Source of the DNA: Azolla caroliniana
Lineage: Eukaryota > Plantae > Polypodiophyta
Reading direction: 5' to 3'
Assembly: GCA_043228905.1 (NCBI GenBank)
Contig: JBHGNT010000003.1
Location: 17,856,001 to 17,920,000 of the forward strand
Length of the DNA: 64,000 nt
Part shown: positions 26,201 through 36,141 of the stretch, in pieces
Numbering within the stretch: position 1 is the first letter of the stretch
Layout of the letters: every line of letters begins with the position of its first letter
The notes under the pieces: generated by a model
What the model was told of the DNA's origin: nothing
The model's database searches: none
What the model saw: the letters and a program-made list of their open reading frames with translations, nothing else
Position numbers and translations under genes: made by a program

Positions 26201-26927
26201 CAATGTACACTTTCTTCTTCAAACAAATCGTGAGCGGGTTACGGCACAGTTGAAAGCGGCGTTGGACAATGGATGGACGGCGTGGGCAACGCAAGCAGCA
26301 GAATTGCACACCATCCGGACGGACTAGGAGAACCAAGGAAAAGAAGGCAAAGGCTTCTACAAGCTCAATGAGGAAAGCATTGCGGTAGTATGCGAGGACC
26401 TCACACAGGACTATCGCATGCTAGCGGACCAGCACTCCGAAGAACTCACGCAGCTGTTGGAAGATTTCAAGGAAAGTCAAGAAGACATTTTTCTCTGGCT
26501 AATGGAGATCCACAGCGAACAGCGGAGGATGGAAACAATTGCGGTACCAGACAACGATTCTGCCGAACATCATGAGCTTCAGCCTAATTCGAATAACCCA
26601 CCGGAGGTGACCACTACGCCTGCCCACGCTACGGAAGATATGGGTAGGGAAGAGCCCTGTTTGACCACTTGCCCACAAACTAAAGAGCCAACGCCAGAAC
26701 CATGGAGGAATGATCCGGACATCGAATCAACTGAGTCGGCCCTGATCACGCGGAGTAAAGATGACAACATGGGAACTCACACACCGGCCGAGAGTGGTGA
26801 AGGGGACGATACGCAATTGCATGAGCCGGTTGAGCAGAACAACGAAGCACCTACGGACATCGTGTCATCTCTAGACCATGTCCTACGGACGGAGCCGAAC
26901 ATCCTGGACATTCTGAATGATGAGTAG
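23300..26927 (+). pseudogene. extra sense ORF region downstream of integrase (globular N-terminal part, then coiled-coil), broken by stops and a solo LTR
   Basis: Collinear plus-strand frames 23300..23833, 24019..24276, 24280..24699, 25959..26327 and 26418..26927. Confidence 0.6.
24890..25932 (-). mobile_element. solo LTR (1043 bp) with perfect 12-bp inverted termini and 4-bp TSD CCGT; related to the LTR at 60175-60836
   Basis: TGTCGTGAAGAT...ATCTTCACGACA, with CCGT on both sides. Shares GCCAAATGGC...TTGTACCCTCA..ATGCAT and the TATA context with 60528-60615. Confidence 0.85.
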
Positions 26928-27730
26928 AGGGACGGGTCTGATGTGCCATGGCACTGTCCCACAGGCGTGCCAGGTGTTGTCCGCTGGACCTAACGCTTAA
27001 ACGAATAGAATATATTATTAGAAGCGTTAAAGAAACGCATGTAATGGTTCACGCTAGGAGCGTAACGGACTAAAAGCCCTAGGTATATAAAGGGCGGAAA
27101 TCCTCTCTAAAGAGCTAGCATGTATTTTGAGAGCTACCTTTTGTAATACAGTACTATCTTGTCTAATTCCCTTGCAAATCATCTATTGATTCAGTGTAGT
27201 ACTCTGTTGGTAACTATAGGCTAGTAAGTGTAGGGTAAGTGTGCATATGAGATCACGCATTGGTGAGCTTCGGTTGTAGCCGTCTCCCTTCACGCCCGAC
27301 GACACGCTTTGCTTTGTAAGCCTGTTACGATTCACGCACATACGGATCTATTCCTTGCACCGCAATCACCTTGAAGTCTACCTCGAAGGACTGAGAGTAG
27401 ACCGTATTCCTAATCGGCAACATGTACCAACTGCCCAACTCATCAAATATTACATCACCGCTTACTACAATCTTTTTTGTCAAAGGGTTATAACATCTAT
27501 ACCCCTTTTGCTCCTCTAAATATCCCACAAAAACACATTTTTCAGCTATTGGATCAAGCTTACTTCTTACTTCAGCAGGTACATGAACATAAGCTATGCA
27601 TCCAAACACTTTTAAGTGTCCTAAACTAGGTTTCCTGCCATAGAAACATTCTTCGGGAGTTACCACATGTACTCCAGATGTTATGCATTTGTTTAGAATA
27701 TAGTTTGTTGTATTTACAGCCTTGTAATAT

Positions 27731-28369
27731 TATCAGGGATAGTACTAGAGGCAAGGAGAATTAGTACTAAAGGTAGAGGAGAAGAATGCGGATTAGTAAA
27801 AAGAAGGGAAAGAGTGTGTGAGAACCACGTGAGAGGAGAGAGAGAGAGAGAGAGAGATAATGATGACAACAAGAAGTATATTATATTATAAGAAGAAAGA
27901 TACAAGAATAGCTAGGAGGCTTAAGACTGGCGTTGAACCAGATTGGTTCGGAATAATGCCTTTTGCTTCTATATATAGTGTTGTCAAGATTATTCTTCAA
28001 GTTTCTAGAATGTTCCAGAGTAATCTAGAATATACAAGATGATCAATGGTGCTATGGTGTTTTCGAAAACCAGCTTGTCCATAAGCTCTCTTACCATTTT
28101 TTTATGCTCATACACTTATCTTTGATTCCATTATACATCCAAATAGTTTTGCCATTAATGAGCCAACCATGATGGTTCGATAGTTGTTTACATTATTTAC
28201 ATCTCCGCCTTTATGTAAAGGTTTGATCCAATTTGTAGTCCAATCATATGGCATACCATGTTGCAATGCATCATTAAACATATCGCATATCCATATATGT
28301 GCTTCCTTTCCCATCCATTTGAGCATTTCAGCATTTATACATTGAAGATCGCTTGCCTTTCGAGAGGCC

Positions 28370-28415
<46 letters not shown>

Positions 28416-28707
28416 ATGATGACAACAAGAAGTATATTATATTATAAGAAGAAAGATACGAGACCAGCTAGGAGGCTTAAGACTGGCGTTGAACCGAATT
28501 GGTTCGGAATAATGTCTTTTGCCTCTATTTATAGTGTTGTCAAGATTACTCTTGAAGTTTCTTGAATGTTCCAAAGTAATCTAGAATATACATGAATTTC
28601 CTATAGAAATAATAAATGAAACTAATATTTTTAGTATTACAATTCATGGTTTAGCCCATGTAACACAAGATCATGGGTTCGTATCTTTTCGGAGCCATAT
28701 CATGACA
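27731..28707 (-). mobile_element. chromovirus-family LTR derivative enclosing a LINE RT fragment; TSD AATA(T/C)
   Basis: TATCAGGGATAGTACTA...CATATCATGACA is homologous to the 30997 LTR. AATAT at 27726-27730 and AATAC at 28708-28712. Confidence 0.75.
28038..28371 (-). pseudogene. non-LTR (LINE, RTE-like) reverse transcriptase fragment
   Basis: WIKPLHKGGDVNNVNNYRTIMVGSLMAKLF, then after a stop GQAGFRKHHSTIDH; these are LINE RT N-terminal motifs. Confidence 0.8.
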
Positions 28708-31353
28708 AATACAATGGCATATTTTTTCTGTCATCAAAGCTCTTGCAATGTTTACCAAAGTTCTAATTTTCCTCTCAACCACTCCATTTTGTTGTGGAGT
28801 ATATCTACATGTGAATTGTCTCTTTATTCCTTGATTGCATAGAAAATCAGAAAATTCATTGGAGAAATATTCTCCTCCATCAAACCTTAAACATTTTATT
28901 CTAGTTCCATCTTGCTTTTCTACAACGCATTTGAACCTACGAAAGCAATCAAATACTTCACTCTTCTGTTTCATGAAGTAAACCCATGTTTTCCTTGAGC
29001 AATCATCAATGAATGTTACATAAAACCTACAGCCACCAATTGAGGCATTTTTTGTTGGTCCCCATACATTTATATGTACCAAATCCAACAGATTTTTGCT
29101 TATATGTCCTTCATGAGGGAAAGGCAACCTATTTTGCTTTCCATATTGACGTGCTTCACATATTTTGCTCATCTCACAGTCTTTCAACTTTGGCAGTCCA
29201 TCCACTACATTTTTTCTCAACATGTTTTTCAAGGTTTGCATACTTATGTGGCTGATTCTTTTATGCCACATTTCTAAATCTGAGATTACATTTATTCCTC
29301 CTACAAACATGGTTGTAATCTTTTTAGGCATATCCACGTCTAAGACAAACATTCTTCCTTGACGTTTTCCTTTTGCTATCAACTTACCATGTTTCTCTAT
29401 AAAGCATCCACTTTGCTTAAACTTTACTTGCATTCCTTGCTCTGCTATCTATCCAACAGAAATCAGATTTTTTGCAAGGTCTGGAACATGCATAACATTC
29501 AACATATACTTTGTTTTTCCCTTTTCTTCCCACAATGGAATATCTCCAACATGCTCGATTGTATGAGTAGTATTATCACTTGTCTGTACATAACCAGGAA
29601 TCTCTGGTTCTCTTAGACTTTCAAACCAGTTTGCATGTCCTTATCATATGATTAGATGCATTTGAATCTACATACCACATATAATCTTCATTACATTTCT
29701 GTGAACATTCAGCCATTGTTGTTGTTTCATGTTGCATGACAAAAACACCTTCTTTGTCACTGTTTTCACTAGTTGAAGTATAGTTATTCTATTGTCTCTT
29801 CCCTCTTTTTTCATCATTTTTCTTTTTATAGCATTCAGCCTATGTATGGCCTAGTTTCCCACAATACCAACTGCCATCATCACTCAATATAGTTTTCTTA
29901 CCTCTTCCTCGATTGCTCCCCTTGCCTCTAATGTTGTTTCTTCCACTTATAGCTTGTTGTCCTCTTCCTTAATAATTAGTATTGGTTCTAGTTGAACCAA
30001 ATCTGCCATGGCCTCTTCCTCGACCTCTTCCAGCACTATTGTAGAGAGCTCGCCTCTCAGTCTCAGGGTTTCCTTTGTTTATATATATGATTTCTTTCAT
30101 CCATTAAAAGCATTGAAAACAAATCTGTAAAACTTGGGATACTATCCCTTGTGAGAATGGATGTTTTGAAGCTTTTATATTGAGGTCTTAAACCCCTTAA
30201 GCATACTTCTACTTTATCATCATCTTCTACCTTCACATTAATAGAAGCAAGTGATTCACATATGCTCTTTATTTTCAGAGCATACTCATTGACTGACATG
30301 TTACCTTTTTCCAAGGTATTCAGTTCAGTCTTCAACTGAAGTTTTCTTGCCTTTGTATTTACTTCAAACAATTTCACCAAACTGTCCCAAGCTTCTTTAG
30401 GAAGCAGAGCATCTTGTTTGTGTCCAAGAATCAAATCTAAGATGCTAAGTGATAGCCAATGCAATACTTTTCTTGCCCCTTGATTCCAATCCTTAAATGC
30501 TTTGATCTATGCAGCAGTTGCATTTTCTTCAGGGATCTCTGGAGCCTCTTCTAGGTCTCCTTCAATGTAATCCCAGTATCCTTTTCCCATCAAAAAATTT
30601 GTCATTCTAAATTTCCACGAAGGGAAATTGTTTTTATCAAGCTTTTCTGTGACTATTTGGCTTCCATTTTCACCAATCATCTCTCTTTCAATTTAGGGCT
30701 TTAGCTACGATTAACTGACAGGAACTACACGCTCCTTATACGCAACGCTCGGCCACAACCGAGCTTAGAATCATACACAGAAAACGGGAAATAAATGCAC
30801 GACACAAAGAAGAGAAGAGTACACAGGATGTTTATGTGGAAAACCCAAAACTAGGGAAAAAACCACGGTAGCCCACCGGCTGCAAACTATCACTATGTTA
30901 GAATGTACAACAGTGAGTTCACGGAGGCAACGACCTCGTGCTCATGATCTTCGCCATAGGCAGCGGTTACAACAGAGGCAACGACCTCTTTCTCTCTGTC
31001 AGGAATAGTACTAAAACAGAGATGGAATTAGTACTAAGAAGAGTAGTATTATTAGTACTAAGAGGACGGGACTGCGTAAGATTCCCGAGAGAGAGGAAGT
31101 GAGAAGAGGAGAGAGAGGGAAATAGGATGATGACAGCAGCTCTTATATTATATGAAAGATAAGTACAAATCGACTAAGAGGCTTAAGACTGGTGTTGAAC
31201 CAATTTGGTTCAAAACAATGCCTTGTGCCTTCTTTTATAGTGTTTTTAGGAATAATCCTGAAGCTTCTAGAATGTTCCAGAGAGATCTGGAATATACATC
31301 AATTTTCTATGATAAAGCATAAATGAAAATAATATCCTACAAAATACAATTCA

Positions 31354-31406
31354 TAGTCTAATGGTAAGAGCTCGACCCATGTAGCATAAGGTCATGGGTT
31401 CGAGTC
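31354..31406 (+). promoter_or_regulatory. tRNA-like Pol III A box/B box in LTR U3 (also at 36568-36620)
   Basis: TAGTCTAATGG at 31354 and GGTTCGAGTC at 31397. Confidence 0.65.
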
Positions 31407-31433
31407 TTGCCATATCATGACACTATCTCCCCC

Positions 31434-34400
31434 TTAAAGACGACGAGTGGAACGAGTCAGCGCTAATTGCGGACCGGGTTTGTCCGGATACTTTCGGTGG
31501 AAATCAGCAAGAAGATCTTGTGCATTGGCAACATTCTCGACGGGTTCCCAAGTACGTTCGCTCGGACTATAACCGAGCCAATCGACCAAGTAATAGAGTT
31601 TGTTGCGAACAAGTTTGGAATCGAGGATGGCAGCAACTTCATACTCCGGGCCGGCGTCCAACTCCAGTGGGGGCGGCGGTGGTGTCACACGATCGGGAAT
31701 GGTGTTTGCTTTATAAGGTTCAAGAAGAGAACAATGGAAAACCGGATGTACCTGAAGCTGCGGAGGGAGATCAAGGCGGAAGGTGACATCATTAATCTTC
31801 CCCGTAATACGGAAAGGACCGAGTCGTCGATAATCCAACTTGTCGCACGGTCAAGTAGTCTTGATGTGACGACGTAAGAGCCATACTCGATCTCCGATGG
31901 CAAAAGAGGAGGGAATCCGATGACGATCCGCATAAGTCTTCTGTGTGTGTTGAGCATGACGAAGGTGAGTAGAGAGATCCATCTGGATGTTGCGTCGCCT
32001 CTCCAAATGATCCTCGGCACGAGGGTTGGTAGGTAGCTCCGGAGTGTCGATCACCGACCAGCGAGGATGGAAACCGGTATAAGCGAAAAATGGGGAGACC
32101 TGAGTCGAGGAGTGAATAGCATTATTATACGGAAACTCCGCAAAGTGGAGAATCTCGGCCCAATCATCCTGTTGATAACTCAGGAAACACCGGAGATATT
32201 GCTCCAGCGTTTGGTTTGTTCGTTCCGCCTGTCCGTCGGTCTGAGGATGGTAGCCGGAGGAGAGGTTGCAGGAGACCTTGAGCATCTTGAAGAGATGCTG
32301 CCAAAATTTGGAGACAAATTGCGGGCCTCGGTCACTAATAATACTGTCTGGGAGGCCATGATGCCGAAAAACCTCACGCATAACAAGAGCGGCGGTTTCC
32401 TCGCTAGTGATGGCTTTAGTACATGGCACAAAATGTGCCATCTTCGTATATCGATCGACGACGGTTAGGATAGCATCGAACCCTTTCGAGACCAGCAGAT
32501 CTGTGATAAAATCAAGACAAATAGACTTCCATGGCTTACTTGGAATTGGTAAAGGTTCCAACAAGCCATATGGATGGTGTCGTGGCATCTTTGCTCGGCA
32601 GCAAGCATCACAGGTCCGAACGTAGTCGTCGACAAAACGGCACATGTGGGGCCACCAAAAAGATCGTTGCACTAGCTCCAACGTCTTAGTACTACCGAAA
32701 TGTCCCGCCGTATGGGTGTCGTGACAATGTTGGACAATTTGAAGGCGACAGGAGCAATCGGGGACATATACGCGCTTTTTAAAGAATAACAAACCATCAT
32801 GATATTCGAATTGTCGGTAGTCAATACCTGGTTGTTGAGACTGAGAACAGGATGCCCGAGAAGTATCAATGTGCGCCAGGATGTCTTGAGCAAAACTATC
32901 CGTCTTCAAGGTTGCACGTATGTCATCGGTAATCCGTGAATCCATCGGGGTGTGAAAAATCCGCGTCGTGTGCAATCGTGTTGGTCCCAAGATTACTTGC
33001 TTTTGATTATCAAATGTTGCGTCACCAGGACGAGGTGCAAGATATGAACGTCGTGATAGTGCATCTGCTTTTCCTTGCTGGTTACCCGGTCGATATGTGA
33101 TTTTGAAGTCGAAACGCGTGAGGAATTGCGCCCACCGAGCTTGCCGTCGATTTAGTACGCGAGCGTTCTGAAAATAAGCAAGATTTTTATGATCGCTGAA
33201 GACAATGACCTGATGTGGAGAGCCCTCTAAGAAATGCCGCCATTGTACAAATGAATCCACGATGGCTAATAACTCCTTGTCATTTATTTCGTAGTTGATT
33301 TCTGCGACATCGAATTTGCGCGAATGGAAAGCCACCGGATGCAACTCTTCTTTATCACCTTGTTGAGAAAGGATGCTACCGAGGGCGAAATCTGATGCGT
33401 CGGCCTCAATGATGAATGGTTTGCTTGTATCCACAGGAGCTAGAATCGGTGCTGATGTAAAGGCTTTCTTAAGATGCCGAAAAGCCATATCTGCTTCAAT
33501 GGACCAAAGAAATGCTTGGCCCTTCTTCGTAAGTTGTGTGAGAGGTAAAATAATCTTCGTGTAATCCTGTATAAACTTACGGTAGAAGTTAGCAAAACCT
33601 AGAAAACATTGTACATCTCGTACCGACCGTGGAATTTGCCACTCTAGTACAGTTTGGATCTTAGCTGGATCCATGGCGATGCCCTTTGAGGAGATGACGT
33701 AGCCTAGAAATTCCACTTGCTTGCAGTCAAAGCTACATTTTTCTAGCTTGGCATAAAGACCATTCTCGCGGAGTCGCTTTAGTACTAATAGTACATGAGA
33801 ATCGTGCTCTTCCTGGGTCTTCGAATAAATCAACAGATCATCCAGATAAATGATCAAACAGATATCCAAGAGGTCTCTGAATATATCATTTGCCATGCAT
33901 TGGTTAGGCCAAACGGCATAACAGTATATTCGAAATGCCCATACCGCGTGCGAAAAGCGGTCTTCCACTCATCTCCCGGTCGGATCCGCACGAGATTATA
34001 CGCTCCGAGTAGGTAGATTTTAGTAAAAAACTTGGCACCATTAACTCGCTCTAAAAGACTTGATATAAGAGGAAGTGCATACCTATTCCGGATGGTGACT
34101 TTATTTAATCCGCAGTAATCAACGACAAGACGAAGTGAGCCATCTTTCTTCTTGACAAAGAAGATGGGTGCACCGGCCGGAGATTTCGAATGACGGATGA
34201 ACCCGCTTGCCAAGTTCTCCTCTATGTAGGCTCGAAGGACTTCTAACTCGGTGGGTGACAGGTTGTAAATTGGTCCCCATGGTGGCTCGGTTCCTGGTTG
34301 TAAATCGATGGGACAGTCATAAGGACGGTGATGAGGAAGGGTACCGGCTTTTACCTTGTCAAATACATCGGCATAAGGATGATATTTTGCCGGAAGTTGT

Positions 34401-34987
34401 ACTGAGGAGTCCTTCTTAATAGTGCTGGAAGGATGTACTGATATGGAAAATAGGAACATTGCCTCCTTGGGTCCTTCTTCGCGTAGTTGATGGAGTGAAA
34501 TGGTCGAAACTCGGCGAGTTGATTCTTGGGGTGGTCGATATCGGACTTCTCTTGTTCTCCAATCTATGGCTGGATTATGTAATTCAAGCCAAGGTAATCC
34601 TAGGACAATGGGATGCTCTGGACTACTAATTATATAAAATGATATTATACACACAAAACTACCTAGGACAACTTGAATGGGTTCTGATTCTTCTACAATA
34701 TTCCCGGAAGCAATGGGACGACCATCAATGACCACTACAGATGCGGGACAAGGAAGTTTTCTTAAGGATATCTGAGTAGCTTGGGCAAAATTTCGATCCA
34801 TGAAACAGGAATTAGCTCCGGAATCTAAAAGTGCTAGGACGGGTACTGGGGGAGTACTTTTAGTACTAACAATGACTTGGGCTAGGAACACATTGCTAAC
34901 TTGCTTGGAAGGAATGGATCCACTAATGGGCTGTACAGATCTAGGGCTGCTGTCCAACCAAATGGCTCCTATTTTGGCTGGACTCAA
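31434..34987 (-). pseudogene. chromovirus Pol (PR-RT-RH-INT-chromodomain) with a frameshifting deletion near 33895 and a stop at 31851
   Basis: GLTNA is joined out of frame to MANDIFRD. Ends HIKTT*PCDKLDYRRLGPF. Chromodomain EYEVAAILDS...YLVDWLGY...TWEP. Confidence 0.92.
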
Positions 34988-35154
34988 TCGTTTAACTCTT
35001 CATCTAATTGACTAAGGATTTCAAATTTATTTGAGATACTTGGGCTATTAGTACTATGAATACTATCTGACACTCTATTAGTACTATTACTACTATCAAA
35101 CACTCCGAAGGGAAGAATTGACTCAGGTTTAGTACAGGCGACGATTTGATTTAC

Positions 35155-36141
35155 CTATCTTCTTGGCCTATGGGGACAATTGATGGCGATATGTCCTGGT
35201 CCACCGCAATAAAGGCATAATCGATTGGCACGTCGTTGTTGCTTTTCTTCTTCCGATAACGGGCCGCGTCGACGCATGGTATCGATCTCCATCGGTGTCG
35301 AAGTATTTGCTTGAGGTATGTCTCGTGCAAACGGTTTAGCCGCGACTGGGGCGTAAGTGGGCTCTGGCCTAGAGCGTGGTATCTGTAATTGACGTTCTGA
35401 ACGTCGTTCAAAAAGGCGGTTGTCACATCGAACTGCTCGACTGATTGCCTCCGTAAGAGACTTTGGTTCTTCGGGGAAAGTTAGAAGTAGATCTTTGACA
35501 TCGTTTCGCAAGCCATAGCGAAACTGCTCCATTAGTGCTTGATCATCCCAGGGTATATCTGAAGCAAGTAGGCGGAAATCCGCCGCGTAGGCAGAGGCTG
35601 GACGATCGCCTTGACGCAATCGCCGGATCTTGTTGATCGCCGTCCTGATGTTGTCGGTGTCTCCAAAGCAGGCTTTAAACTCACCAATAAAATCTTCAAA
35701 GTTATTAAGCAAGGGCGATTGTTTTTCTAGAAGCGGAGCGAACCATGCCAAGGCTGAGCCGCTAAGTGGCGTGCCTATTAGGCCGACTCGAGATGCATCA
35801 GTGGGATATCCGGAAGGATGCATCTGGATGACTAAGTGTACCTGATTAAGGAATCCCCGAAATTGCGAACGCGTTCCATCAAATTTCACAGGAAGTCCAA
35901 TCTTGGGCTCTTTATGAAATCCTTGGGGACTGGATCCTTGTTGTTGCAACGCTGCTTCGAGTTGTTGTACCCGTAACGCTAGCTCCCCATGTTGTTGTTG
36001 CGTTTGTTGTTTTTCTAGAGCGATTTGTTGCAGATCCCCTATCAGCCGTTGGTTTTCTTGTTCCAAGGCAACAAACTTTTCTTTTAGGCACTGTAGCTCG
36101 GAGAAAACGGATTGGTATTCTTGGGCGCTAACAGTAGCCAT
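35155..36141 (-). CDS. chromovirus Gag with CCHC zinc knuckle
   Basis: Intact 328-aa ORF: KFDGTRSQFRGF, LRQGDRPASAY, PMEID, CLYCGGPGHIAINC. Confidence 0.92.
   Translation of the reverse strand: MATVSAQEYQSVFSELQCLKEKFVALEQENQRLIGDLQQIALEKQQTQQQHGELALRVQQLEAALQQQGSSPQGFHKEPKIGLPVKFDGTRSQFRGFLNQVHLVIQMHPSGYPTDASRVGLIGTPLSGSALAWFAPLLEKQSPLLNNFEDFIGEFKACFGDTDNIRTAINKIRRLRQGDRPASAYAADFRLLASDIPWDDQALMEQFRYGLRNDVKDLLLTFPEEPKSLTEAISRAVRCDNRLFERRSERQLQIPRSRPEPTYAPVAAKPFARDIPQANTSTPMEIDTMRRRGPLSEEEKQQRRANRLCLYCGGPGHIAINCPHRPRR

Larger units (their letters stand above)
13736..27422 (+). mobile_element. non-chromoviral Ty3/gypsy with extra 3' ORFs; LTRs 13736-18425 (interrupted) and 26975-27422; TSD (C/T)GTAC
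   Basis: Matching LTRs TGTTGTCCG...GGCAACA. CGTAC at 13731-13735 and TGTAC at 27423-27427. PBS at 18430-18447. RT (FLDDITV), RNase H (VDASDIAIG) and integrase follow in gypsy order, with no chromodomain. Confidence 0.92.

Noticed and set aside
31347-31422. Functional tRNA gene in the LTR
   Set aside because: A and B boxes are present but no convincing acceptor or anticodon stems; kept only as a tRNA-like promoter module.
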